DNA of 64,000 nucleotides. Origin: Myxococcota bacterium (lineage in GTDB: Bacteria > Myxococcota_A > Bradymonadia > UBA7976 > UBA1532). The stretch covers positions 32,001 to 96,000 of the forward strand of contig JAYZEG010000058.1 in assembly GCA_036337435.1 (NCBI GenBank). Direction: 5' to 3'. The translations under genes and the position numbers were made by a program. This document shows, piece after piece, positions 29,931-39,287 of this stretch (within the stretch, counting starts at the first letter, position 1; the number at the start of each line of letters is the position of its first letter). The notes beneath the pieces are model-generated. The model searched no databases and was not told the origin of the DNA. It saw only the letters and a list, made by a program, of their open reading frames with translations.

Positions 29931-30680
29931 ATGAATTACCTGAGAGCATCTTACAACTGGGGTCAGACAGCCGCTCGCGCCGTCTTCTATGGAACTATCG
30001 GGTGTTCGATCGGTTGGATACCCGGTGCTCGCCGACTGACTCAGTGGTGTATGTATCGGTGGTGTCGCGACTCTGCAAACGGTCTGAAAATCCAGCGGCA
30101 TCTCTATGGTTCAGAACATCTGGAAGCAAACCCACGAGCGATTTTGGTCGCGAATCATTTATCAACCCTCGATATCCTCGTTCTCGGCGGATTCCTAACA
30201 CGGGATTACCGATGGCTAGCCAAATCCACTTTATTCAAGGTTCCATTCTCCGGTTGGTACTTGACTCTAGCCGGACACATTCCTGTTCGGCGAGATCTGG
30301 GCTCGGATGAGCGAACCAGATTAGTCGAGCAAGGCATTGCAAAAGTTGTTGAAGAAGGGGCCAGTGTGCTGTTTTTTCCAGAAGGCACCCGGAGCGAAAG
30401 CGGACAACTTAGGGCGTTCAGGATTGGGGCGTTTATGGCCGCAGTGCGTCATGACCTGCCCATCATCCCATTGGTGCTTCGAGGAACTCATGAGTTAATG
30501 GTCAAGGGCGCAAAAGACCTATCGATCAGAGCTGATCGGTCTTGTTCGGTCACCGCATTGCCACCAATTTCGGCCCAAGAAGGGGGTTCAGGAACTGAAA
30601 AAGAACGGGCGGAACGACTGAAAGATATTTGCTTCGAACAGTTTCAAAATGAACTTGCCACGCGCAGAGTTGAGCCATGA
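29931..30680 (+). CDS. 1-acyl-sn-glycerol-3-phosphate acyltransferase (PlsC family)
   Basis: NHLSTLD, WLAK, FFPEGTRS, PIIP. Confidence 0.92.
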   Translation: MNYLRASYNWGQTAARAVFYGTIGCSIGWIPGARRLTQWCMYRWCRDSANGLKIQRHLYGSEHLEANPRAILVANHLSTLDILVLGGFLTRDYRWLAKSTLFKVPFSGWYLTLAGHIPVRRDLGSDERTRLVEQGIAKVVEEGASVLFFPEGTRSESGQLRAFRIGAFMAAVRHDLPIIPLVLRGTHELMVKGAKDLSIRADRSCSVTALPPISAQEGGSGTEKERAERLKDICFEQFQNELATRRVEP

Positions 30681-31030
30681 GCCAAGCTGGAGAGTTCACT
30701 GTTGTCTTTAAAAACGCCGATGGAGAATGGCGGACAACAGTGCCCGAGGGGAGCAGTCTGCTTGACGCAGCACAAGCATGCGATGCACCGGTTCATACCC
30801 TTTGTAACGGCATCGGCGCATGTGTGCAGTGCAAGGTCAAAGTGCTCGAAAACCCCGACAACTTATCGACGCCTGAATCACTTGAAACAGAATTAATTGG
30901 TAATTTGTACCACATCACACAAGAAAGACTAGGCTGCCAAGCGCGGGTCTCAGGCAACGTCACCATAGAGCCATTACCCGTCCGACTACCCAAAAAGAAA
31001 CGTAAGTTTCGACCGCCAAGAATGCGCTGA
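30677..31030 (+). CDS. 2Fe-2S ferredoxin
   Basis: SLLDAA, CNGIGACVQC, RLGCQ; ATGA overlap with the acyltransferase. Confidence 0.92.
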   Translation: MSQAGEFTVVFKNADGEWRTTVPEGSSLLDAAQACDAPVHTLCNGIGACVQCKVKVLENPDNLSTPESLETELIGNLYHITQERLGCQARVSGNVTIEPLPVRLPKKKRKFRPPRMR

Positions 31031-31123
31031 ACTCAGTTGTCTTACTGGACTCGAAAAAAAGCCTGATATCTGGCATGATATGCGCACATGGAGAGCGAGT
31101 TCATGCTTTCGCGGGGAGGCTAA

Positions 31124-31243
31124 ATGGCTAAGCGAACATTCACTGGCTCACATCAACTCTCGACGGAGCTCAATTTGGATATCGCTGACGACCACTCGGT
31201 CGACTCAAACAAGCGCATCTCAGTTTTTGGGAATCATCACTGA
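31124..31243 (+). CDS. Putative 39-aa small ORF or leader peptide (MAKRTFTGSHQLSTELNLDIADDHSVDSNKRISVFGNHH)
   Basis: GGGGAGG at 31113-31119, in-frame TAA immediately before ATG 31124, and TGA ending 1 nt before the GT2 ATG; below the length cut-off of the ORF track. Confidence 0.45.
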   Translation: MAKRTFTGSHQLSTELNLDIADDHSVDSNKRISVFGNHH

Positions 31244-31244
31244 A

Positions 31245-32018
31245 ATGTATCGTAATCTTAAGATCTGTGTGGTGATTCCAGCACACCAAGAAAACCGTCT
31301 GCTGCCCAGAACGCTCGAAACGATCCCGACTTATGTCGATGGAATTATCGTCATCGATGATGGCAGTACGGACGGGACTGGTGAGATTGCAAGCCAATGG
31401 CCTGACAAGCGGGTTCGTGTGATTCACCACAGCCATAATCAAGGAGTCGGCGCAGCCATCGTGACAGGCTATGCGAAAACGCTCGAACTCGATTTTGATG
31501 CGGTCGTTGTTGTCGGTGCTGATGCCCAAATGGATCCCGATGAAATGAATGGCCTGCTCGATCCGCTCGTAGCCGATCAGGCAGACTATGTAAAAGGCGA
31601 TCGGCTTGGTCATCCTGAGTTGAAATCCAGAATGCCGCTGAGCCGCCGAATCGGGAATGCTGCGTTGACAGTGCTCACTCGCTGGAGTAGCGGATATGAG
31701 CATATTCGAGACTCTCAGTGTGGATATACCGCCATCTCCACGCGCACACTGCGGCGCATCGATTTGCAAGCATTATACTGTCGGTATGGATTTCCAAATG
31801 ATGTGCTTGCAAAACTTGCTGAAGTTCAAGCCCGTGTGATCGATCGACCGGTCAGTCCTATCTATGGTTCTGAATCCTCAGGCATTCGAATCTATAAGGT
31901 CATATTGCCCATCTTCTGGCTGCTGATTCGATCAGGGGTTCGGCGATATTTTAGACAACGGGAAGCAAAGACGCGGCTCAATCGGAACCCATCTAATCAA
32001 GTTGTACATCGACGCTAA
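31245..32018 (+). CDS. Glycosyltransferase family 2 (DPM-synthase-like)
   Basis: MYRNLKICVVIPAHQE, IDDGSTD, NQGVGAAI, GADAQMDP, DSQCGY. Start moved to ATG 31245. Confidence 0.92.
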   Translation: MYRNLKICVVIPAHQENRLLPRTLETIPTYVDGIIVIDDGSTDGTGEIASQWPDKRVRVIHHSHNQGVGAAIVTGYAKTLELDFDAVVVVGADAQMDPDEMNGLLDPLVADQADYVKGDRLGHPELKSRMPLSRRIGNAALTVLTRWSSGYEHIRDSQCGYTAISTRTLRRIDLQALYCRYGFPNDVLAKLAEVQARVIDRPVSPIYGSESSGIRIYKVILPIFWLLIRSGVRRYFRQREAKTRLNRNPSNQVVHRR

Positions 32019-32098
32019 AAAAAGACCGGCACTTGATGTTCTCATGAAGACCCCTAGTCTATGACTGACTCTCACTCGGCGTTATCTGAGGTGTAGAC

Positions 32099-33253
32099 TT
32101 GAACCTTCTGGCTTTGACGACATCATATCCAACCGAGGCCGATCCTTTCAGGGGTCCGTTTATCGAACGTTGGGCTCATCAAATGCAGACCTTGGGTGCA
32201 TCCGTACGCATTATCGGACCGGCAATATCAAAGCCCTTAGGGTTATGTCCCTATGTCGGATTTCGAGATATCGGAGGTCTCCTCCGAGGCTCGGGTGCCC
32301 CCGATGAAATGCAAGCTAAGCCCGTGTGGGGCTCAGTTCGTGGAGCGGCCATCACCCTCGAGATGGTAAAAACGGCGCGCCGTTTCGTTCTTGATTCGGA
32401 TGCACTCGTTTGTCATTGGGTCCTACCATCCGTATACGCTGGCCTAGCTGCAACCATCGGTACAGAGATTCCCGTCCATGGATACGCCCATGGGGGTGAT
32501 ATTTCCCTTATAGAATCCATGCCCAGATCGATTTCGAAGCGGGTGAGTCAAGTTGCCGATCGTCAGTGTCGCTCGTTGGTCTTCGTCAGTGCTGATCTCC
32601 AGCTGCGATTTAATGATTTGCTTGAGCGACCTCCGAGAGCCCAACAATATGTTCTTCCAATGGGCATTGAACGAGCGGAAGTCGATCACTCATTCAGGCA
32701 CTGGCTAAGAGATCGAGCCCATGGGCGACCCATCGTAGCAACGTTGGGTAGACACGTGCAGATCAAAGGACTCGATCTGGTCTTCGACGCTCTCAAAGAC
32801 CAAAAGGACTTAATCTGGGTGGCTGCGGGTGATGGACCCTATCGAAACGCCCTAGAAGAGCAGATAAAGCACCATTCCTTGGACGTTTGTCTACCAGGAA
32901 TGATTACGCCAGCCCAGCGAGAAGCACTCTTCTTGGAAGCCACGGTCTTTGTTCAATCGAGTCGTCAGATCGGTACGCGCTCAGAAGGCCACCCAGTTGC
33001 ACTCATTGAGGCTTTGGCAGCCGGCGTACCCAGCATTGTAAGCCGCAGCGGCGGCATGAGCGAAATCGCGGCCAAGGCCGGGTGTATCCAAATCGACGTA
33101 GGCAAACGTGAAACCCTGAAGCAGGCCATTCTAGATTTGCTAGAGAACGAAATACAGCGCAAGACCATGTCCGTGCAGCACCAACAGTACGGCCAAGAGC
33201 AGACCTGGGCTAAGTTAGGCCCAAAACACTACAAGGCTCTTTTCGGCGACTAG
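32099..33253 (+). CDS. Glycosyltransferase family 4
   Basis: LTTSYP, AHGGD, LGRHVQIKG, AGDGP, EGHPVALIEALAAGVP; GAGGTG upstream of TTG. Confidence 0.9.
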   Translation: MNLLALTTSYPTEADPFRGPFIERWAHQMQTLGASVRIIGPAISKPLGLCPYVGFRDIGGLLRGSGAPDEMQAKPVWGSVRGAAITLEMVKTARRFVLDSDALVCHWVLPSVYAGLAATIGTEIPVHGYAHGGDISLIESMPRSISKRVSQVADRQCRSLVFVSADLQLRFNDLLERPPRAQQYVLPMGIERAEVDHSFRHWLRDRAHGRPIVATLGRHVQIKGLDLVFDALKDQKDLIWVAAGDGPYRNALEEQIKHHSLDVCLPGMITPAQREALFLEATVFVQSSRQIGTRSEGHPVALIEALAAGVPSIVSRSGGMSEIAAKAGCIQIDVGKRETLKQAILDLLENEIQRKTMSVQHQQYGQEQTWAKLGPKHYKALFGD

Positions 33254-33270
33254 GACAACGTCCAGGTGGA

Positions 33271-33981
33271 TTAGCTCTTAGATACGATCACGACCAAAAA
33301 CCCCCCGAAGCCTCGGGTCAGAGCGTGATCGCGAGCGGCCCGTTCCATGCGTGCAAAGGCATGCTTTACACCGGGGACCAAATGGACCTGAGCAAATGGT
33401 GTGAAGACACGAATGCCACGCGTATCTTCTACGCTCAAGTCGTCGGGAAGGTATCCGACTACGTCGGCCAAGGTATCATAGCGCGTATAAACCATGTCAT
33501 CGGTCGTGACCTGGCTGACTTGGTGAGGTCGTTTAAGTCTCTTGATCAAGTATCTGAGAGACCGTCGGTTATAGAACTCCAAGGCGGCTCGACCACCCGG
33601 TCGGAGAACACGTGAGACCTCAGACATTGCCTTCTTGATATCTTCCACGTGGGCTAACACTTTGAAGGAATAGACAGCATCAAAACTCTCATCTTCAAAT
33701 GGCAGCTCTGTTGCGCTTGCAACTTGGACATCGAGGCCACGACCCTTGGCCTGTTCAAGCATGCCTGGCGAGATATCGATGCCTTTAGCCGAACGTGCTT
33801 TAGGCGCTATTTCTTTGAGAATAAGACCGGTTCCGCAACCAAGTTCGAGAACGTCTTTACCTTCACAAAGAGGCATCGCAACCTCGATTTGAAGCTGGTC
33901 AAGAAGCGCGTGATAACCATGATGGCGTTCGTTTTCATACCATCCGGCGAAGTCGTCATAATAGCTTTGATTATCTTTCAT
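33271..33981 (-). CDS. Class I SAM-dependent methyltransferase
   Basis: VLELGCGTG, GIDISPGML, LPFEDESFD, RVLRPGG. Start probably ATG 33981. Confidence 0.92.
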   Translation of the reverse strand: MKDNQSYYDDFAGWYENERHHGYHALLDQLQIEVAMPLCEGKDVLELGCGTGLILKEIAPKARSAKGIDISPGMLEQAKGRGLDVQVASATELPFEDESFDAVYSFKVLAHVEDIKKAMSEVSRVLRPGGRAALEFYNRRSLRYLIKRLKRPHQVSQVTTDDMVYTRYDTLADVVGYLPDDLSVEDTRGIRVFTPFAQVHLVPGVKHAFARMERAARDHALTRGFGGFLVVIVSKS

Positions 33982-34089
33982 ATTGGCCGGTTTACGACCT
34001 TCGGCACTCAGGATCAAGGGTAGACTTAAAATAAAGTGTAAGAGACGCAGACTTTGACGATTTATGTCAGTCGGCCTAGCCTATAGATC

Positions 34090-35979
34090 ATGGAGACGGA
34101 ACACACCATCATTAACGCAAAACGCTGCCCAACCTGCGGGTACCGAGGTGAGGCCGACATTTGTCCGTTTGATGGCACTGGGATGGTTGAAAACATCAAT
34201 CTGTCCCAACGACTATTGGACTCAAAGGCATCAAAGAACCTTGAGGTTGGTCCGGCCGAACTCAATGAACGTGTTCCTTCAGAGGCGTCGGAAGTAGGCG
34301 TAGCGAGACTGACACGGCCACCAACATTAGACCGAGCTAAGAACCTCGTTGGCACGACACTGGGCGGCCGGTACCAGCTCAATGAGGTGATCGGGCGAGG
34401 GGGCATGGGGACCGTGTACGCGGCCGAGCAACCGAGCGTTGGTCGAACGGTTGCCGTCAAAGTTCTCAATCAAGAATTTACCGAAAATCCAATGGTGGTC
34501 CGACGATTCCATCAAGAAGCCCAAGCCGCATCTAAGCTCACCCACCCGAACACGATCTCCGTCTATGATTTTGGGGAGACAGATGGCTCTCTCTACATCG
34601 TTATGGAGCATCTCGTGGGTGAAACTCTCAAGAGCCTGCTCAAGCGAACCGGTCGGCTCGAACTCAATCGGACATGTCTCATCATGAGCCAGGTGTTAAA
34701 ATCTATTGCCCAGGCCCACGAGGCTGGTGTCGTCCATCGAGACCTCAAGCCGGACAACATTTTTATCACCCGCATTGATGATGGTTCGGAATTCGTAAAG
34801 GTATTGGATTTTGGCGTCGCCAAGTTACGAAAAGCCGACGACAGCGATACAACGCTCACCCAAATGGGTGCGGTTTTTGGAACTCCAAAGTACATGGCAC
34901 CAGAGCAAACGCAGAACATATCAGTCGACGGTCGCGCAGACCTCTACTCAGTGGGCATTCTACTCTACGAACTTCTCTTGGGCTCTGTCCCCTTCGATGG
35001 AGAAAATCCCCTCGCCATTTTGATGGACCATGCCAATCGATCGCCGGCAACATTTGAAGATGTCGATCCCGAGCATGGATACCATCCAGCAGTTCAATCT
35101 GTTGTCATGAAAGCACTCGAGAAAGATCGAGACTCCCGGTACGCATCAGCAAGGGAGTTCTTAAATGACCTGGATATGCTGGAGCGCAGTTCAAGGGCGG
35201 ATGCGGGTATAGCAGACCAAGACGCACTCTCCAGATTGGTTCGAATCAAAGATCGGTGGTCTAATAGCGAACTCAATCTTGGCGAAGAACTTAGAAATCC
35301 CGTTAGACCTGCACCAGGGTACAAAGTTCCGACATCGATTCTGACAAGTTCCTTTGCAGGCATTTTGCTGGTCGCATTGGGTCTTTATTTCGGCCAATCT
35401 GACCGAAAAGAAGCGACAAACACCCCTTCTATTAAGAAGACAGACTCATTGGGTTCCGGAACTCTTAATGCCGATACGGTCGACCCGAAGACTCAGGTAA
35501 GCAACGGGCAGACCGCCTCCGTCTTAAAAGCGGTGAGCGCGACGGGAAAGCAACGGGCACCATTCGTATTTGAAACGGTACCGGCCGGAGCAAAATTGGT
35601 GGACGTGAAAACAGGTAGGCGACTCGGACAAACGCCTAAAACCATCGAATTCTCAAAAAAAGCGGTCATAGAAGCTCGGCTGGATGGCTATAAGATTGAA
35701 CGCTTCTACGTGGATCCAGGCAATGAAACGCGACCGATCAAAAGAACGCTCATTGCAACTCGACCAGCCTCGGTCCGTCCGACATCAACTCTCCCCTCTT
35801 CGGCTCAAAAAAAGTCACGTCTAGTCAGAGCCCGAGAGGCAGAGAACAACTCGAAGACGGAGTCTGTATCAAAGCCGCCGATGAAACCGGCGATCGTGGA
35901 AAAAAAACCGGCAACAAGCCGCTCTCACAAGACGTCGAGGGAACGGCGGGACGATGATGTCGACTTCGAAATGGAGTGA
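34090..35979 (+). CDS. Membrane Ser/Thr protein kinase with N-terminal zinc ribbon and PEGA-like domain
   Basis: CPTC..CPFDG; IGRGGMGTVY, VAVK, HRDLKPDN, VLDFG, GTPKYMAPEQ; TM segment; ETVPAGA..LGQTP. Confidence 0.95.
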   Translation: METEHTIINAKRCPTCGYRGEADICPFDGTGMVENINLSQRLLDSKASKNLEVGPAELNERVPSEASEVGVARLTRPPTLDRAKNLVGTTLGGRYQLNEVIGRGGMGTVYAAEQPSVGRTVAVKVLNQEFTENPMVVRRFHQEAQAASKLTHPNTISVYDFGETDGSLYIVMEHLVGETLKSLLKRTGRLELNRTCLIMSQVLKSIAQAHEAGVVHRDLKPDNIFITRIDDGSEFVKVLDFGVAKLRKADDSDTTLTQMGAVFGTPKYMAPEQTQNISVDGRADLYSVGILLYELLLGSVPFDGENPLAILMDHANRSPATFEDVDPEHGYHPAVQSVVMKALEKDRDSRYASAREFLNDLDMLERSSRADAGIADQDALSRLVRIKDRWSNSELNLGEELRNPVRPAPGYKVPTSILTSSFAGILLVALGLYFGQSDRKEATNTPSIKKTDSLGSGTLNADTVDPKTQVSNGQTASVLKAVSATGKQRAPFVFETVPAGAKLVDVKTGRRLGQTPKTIEFSKKAVIEARLDGYKIERFYVDPGNETRPIKRTLIATRPASVRPTSTLPSSAQKKSRLVRAREAENNSKTESVSKPPMKPAIVEKKPATSRSHKTSRERRDDDVDFEME

Positions 35980-35981
35980 CT

Positions 35982-37292
35982 TTAATTTGCTCGTCTCTGC
36001 GCGGCGCGACAAGCACCAGAAGAGCCATCGAACACGCACCTAAATCCGAGGGTAGATTCAGCCTCAATAACAGAACGCCGCCGAGTCACCCGAGCGTTGC
36101 AGGACCGCGCCATCTGAAAATGGCCTCCTCGAACGATATGGCCTGATGCTTGACCAGGTCCATTGGCGACATGGGGGCTATCTGATTGGCGATTCTCGCG
36201 GGGTTTACACCAAGGCATCGGTCTGCAGCCATCGTACCCGTCCAGTTGACCACACAAAAAATCGACCTCAGCGTCTACACAGTTTTCCGCACACATCTCA
36301 AATTCACGCAAACAGGAAATGAGACAATCGGTTCCAGAGCCAGGCCGTTCGGCCTCCAGCGTGATGCACGATTGATTACACGCGTCAGGATTGGTGTGCA
36401 GCCGAGCATAACAGTCACCGATGACCGCCTCGTTTTCATCCAGGTCGATACATTGCCCGCTCAGCTGCGTGAATAAGGAGCGATCGAATGTCGATGAAAT
36501 CACGCCTGTTCGGTCACGCTTGAAGTACATCTCGGACCGATATTCCGGTTCGCAATAGGCGAGCAAATCAGACTCGTCAGCCGTCCACTCAGCGACATTT
36601 CCATACAAGCCAAATACACCATCCTGCGTTATATCAAGCCCCGGTGTCTGGACCGCTGACGGCCCGTTGGAACAGCCACCGAGGGCAATCTGCCCAGCGT
36701 GCGACGCAGAAGCGCAATCACCATCGATAGACACTTGAAGGCTCGACTCCTCGATAATCGGGATGGCCCGTCCCCGACTTTTGGCCGCAAATTCCCACTC
36801 TATTTCTGTCGGTAAGCGACCACCTCTGAACCGGCAATATGCTTGAGCATCTTCCCAGACAACGCCGACGACTGGATAGGATGCGTACTTGTCCGGATTA
36901 CTCCAATAGCGAGCGACAAAACCGGGCTGGTCATCGTTGCCTGCATTGCTGAACCTGGGTCGACCGCAAGTCCCTCGCAGGTGACAATGTCGATATTGCC
37001 CGAGAGTCACTTCGTGCTGGTCTATGCAAAATGTTGCGACGGCTACGCTGTGCTCAATCCGCTCCGACTCGACCCAATCAGAGTTGGGTAATTGAATTGT
37101 TTGCCCACTGATCTTGGCTCGTTTACAGGGAAACGGAGCACGTCGACCGATGGTGAATGGGGTCTCCGAAGCATCACCTGTTAAAACGATCAGCGGCGTG
37201 GCGTCTGGCGGCGCCAACCCATCGGCGCATCCAACGCATAAACTGACCGTCACAACGATGAACGAAAATCGCGTAGAGTCCAAAAGCATCAT
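35982..37292 (-). CDS. FGE-sulfatase (SUMF1-like) fold lipoprotein with Cys-rich insertion
   Basis: Lipobox CVGC; IDQHEVT, RLPTEIEWEFAA, GNVAEW, IVRGG, LGFRC. Confidence 0.88.
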   Translation of the reverse strand: MMLLDSTRFSFIVVTVSLCVGCADGLAPPDATPLIVLTGDASETPFTIGRRAPFPCKRAKISGQTIQLPNSDWVESERIEHSVAVATFCIDQHEVTLGQYRHCHLRGTCGRPRFSNAGNDDQPGFVARYWSNPDKYASYPVVGVVWEDAQAYCRFRGGRLPTEIEWEFAAKSRGRAIPIIEESSLQVSIDGDCASASHAGQIALGGCSNGPSAVQTPGLDITQDGVFGLYGNVAEWTADESDLLAYCEPEYRSEMYFKRDRTGVISSTFDRSLFTQLSGQCIDLDENEAVIGDCYARLHTNPDACNQSCITLEAERPGSGTDCLISCLREFEMCAENCVDAEVDFLCGQLDGYDGCRPMPWCKPRENRQSDSPHVANGPGQASGHIVRGGHFQMARSCNARVTRRRSVIEAESTLGFRCVFDGSSGACRAAQRRAN

Positions 37293-38428
37293 CGCTCCAG
37301 TTGGTCAGGGTCTGGGGTCTCCATGGGGTTTCCGTAGAGAGGATTTTTCTCGTCGACCGAAATATGATTTCTAAAGGTGTCCCATAGAACCAAACCGGTG
37401 CCTATGCTGAACAGCGTCCCACCGATGCCGTACCCCATGTATTCATAACGTTGGAGGCGTTCAAATGTGGGCGTGTCATTGTATTCCTGATCCGCAAAAT
37501 GAGTGGCCACACCACCACCAACGACAGCGACCAAACCCAGGGCGACAGCGGTCCATCCAAGAGAAGAACGCCAGGTTGATGCACCGGTAGACTTTGACAT
37601 GGCTGCATCGACTCGAGTCATCTGAAATCGCTCAATGTTAATGAACGCTTGGAATGGATCAAAACCTTGTCTTCGAAGCTGAATCTGGTGACGCCCAGCA
37701 GCAACCGGCAACGGCTTCAGCTGTGGGGTGAGCTGCAGCGGTTTGCCGTCCAAGTAAATTTGCGCATCCCTGACATCACTGTCGACAAACAACCACCCCT
37801 TTTCGACACGTTGTTTCAAATCGACCATCAGATGCATTGGTGCCGTCCGACTCACATCTACATCTCTGATGGCTTGCTCATATCCATCAAGGATAAGCCA
37901 AATACGCTTCACACCAGGCTTGACGTTCAAAACCAAGGGGGTCTGTCCCTTTGACGCGGTTTTAAGATTGTTCAAATAGACCCGTGCCCCTCTTGGACTG
38001 CTGTCAATCCGCAAGGTTTGGCTGATTTCACGTCTCGCTTTGCAGCTCTGCATCGTATTAAATGCTCGGTCTTTTTTTGGGCCGGCGGGTGCTGTATCGA
38101 TGTATCGGCCAAGGAGACCGACACAACGGTCCCAGTCACGCAAAACATGGAAAGTCAGCGCAAGGTCATACAAAAAGTTATCGTCGCCCGAGATTTTGTA
38201 GGCTTCTTCAAACTTCTTTACGGCTTGTTCATAAGCCCCATTTGCATAGTGCTGTCGCCCTTCTTTTCTCAGACGCTTGATGAGTGCTTGTTCCATTTCC
38301 GTCAGGTCATCAGAAGCTTGTGGCGTCAAATAGACCTCATCAGATGCCCTGTTTGCCTGAGCATGATTCAAGGTCGGACAAGCGCATAGAAGGACCAATA
38401 ACATCCAGATGTGACGAGTTCGGTGCAT
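37289..38428 (-). CDS. Exported TPR plus two-PEGA protein with C-terminal Gly-rich hydrophobic hairpin
   Basis: Signal peptide; GRQHY..G.YEQA..FEEAY TPR; DSSPRGARVYL and DSDVRDAQIYLDG PEGA motifs; two Gly-rich hydrophobic segments; overlaps the FGE-fold gene start. Confidence 0.85.
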   Translation of the reverse strand: MHRTRHIWMLLVLLCACPTLNHAQANRASDEVYLTPQASDDLTEMEQALIKRLRKEGRQHYANGAYEQAVKKFEEAYKISGDDNFLYDLALTFHVLRDWDRCVGLLGRYIDTAPAGPKKDRAFNTMQSCKARREISQTLRIDSSPRGARVYLNNLKTASKGQTPLVLNVKPGVKRIWLILDGYEQAIRDVDVSRTAPMHLMVDLKQRVEKGWLFVDSDVRDAQIYLDGKPLQLTPQLKPLPVAAGRHQIQLRRQGFDPFQAFINIERFQMTRVDAAMSKSTGASTWRSSLGWTAVALGLVAVVGGGVATHFADQEYNDTPTFERLQRYEYMGYGIGGTLFSIGTGLVLWDTFRNHISVDEKNPLYGNPMETPDPDQLER

Positions 38429-38628
38429 GATTTGATATCGAACAGTGAAATTGATTCATGGCTAAATTAGGGCCGATATCGCGAGATGGCAATGATTTGC
38501 ATCAATGGAGAAATTTATCATGTTCCATCACAAAGACCGTTTCTCCCTGGACAAAAGTCAGTAAATCGATAGGATGCGCCACCCGACTTGGGCTGTTTGG
38601 GGCCATTTTTGACATAAGGGAGGCCTGT

Positions 38629-39282
38629 GTGGGCGCATTTTCCGGAAGTCTAACTTATCGACAATATCGCGTTCGCGACTCGCTGTCTGGCGACTATCTG
38701 AAGGCCTTCGACGAGGGCATTCAGCGAAATCTGTTCCACCCTCTTGACCCGTCGAAAGACCAGGACCGGTCCATCGGCTGGTGTGACCCCAAGTTTGCCC
38801 TCGATACCGATCTCGATCCCAGTGCCTACGTCATGACCGATTATCTCGTCTTAGGACTGCGCGTCGACGCGTGGTCGATTCCGTCGACGACTCTCAAACT
38901 GTACACCGAGGCGGAGGTACGGCGCGTCATGGAAGAACAGAAGCGCGAAAGCCTGTCGCGGTATGAACATGCTGAGGCAAAAGAGCGAGTCGTCATGGAA
39001 CTCAAACGTCGGGTTTTGCCAACAACCAAAGTGATCGACATGGTCTGGAATTTGTCTGATGGCATGGTTCGATTCTTTAGTTCCAGTCAAAGAATGAACA
39101 CGGATTTCATGGACTTGTTTGAAACGACCTTTGGCATGACCCTATTGCCCCATAGTGCGTACGCGGCCGCCCAGTCGACTCAATCCGGTCTACTCGCATC
39201 TGAACGGGACCAATTAGAAGCAATCGAGCCCAGTTATTTCGTAGATGCAGACACCGCAGTTCAAGCGATGACGGAGGTGTGA
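38629..39282 (+). CDS. RdgC-like protein, N-terminal half
   Basis: GSLTYRQYRV, RSIGW, LGLRVD.WSIPS, LKRRVLP...DMVW, FETTFG; GTG 38629 after GGGAGG. Confidence 0.8.
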   Translation: MGAFSGSLTYRQYRVRDSLSGDYLKAFDEGIQRNLFHPLDPSKDQDRSIGWCDPKFALDTDLDPSAYVMTDYLVLGLRVDAWSIPSTTLKLYTEAEVRRVMEEQKRESLSRYEHAEAKERVVMELKRRVLPTTKVIDMVWNLSDGMVRFFSSSQRMNTDFMDLFETTFGMTLLPHSAYAAAQSTQSGLLASERDQLEAIEPSYFVDADTAVQAMTEV

Positions 39283-39287
39283 TCAAG

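Noticed and set aside
31124..31243. Ribosomal protein L34 (start MAKRTF)
   Set aside because: The rest of the peptide is not K/R-rich and lacks the HGF..RM motif.
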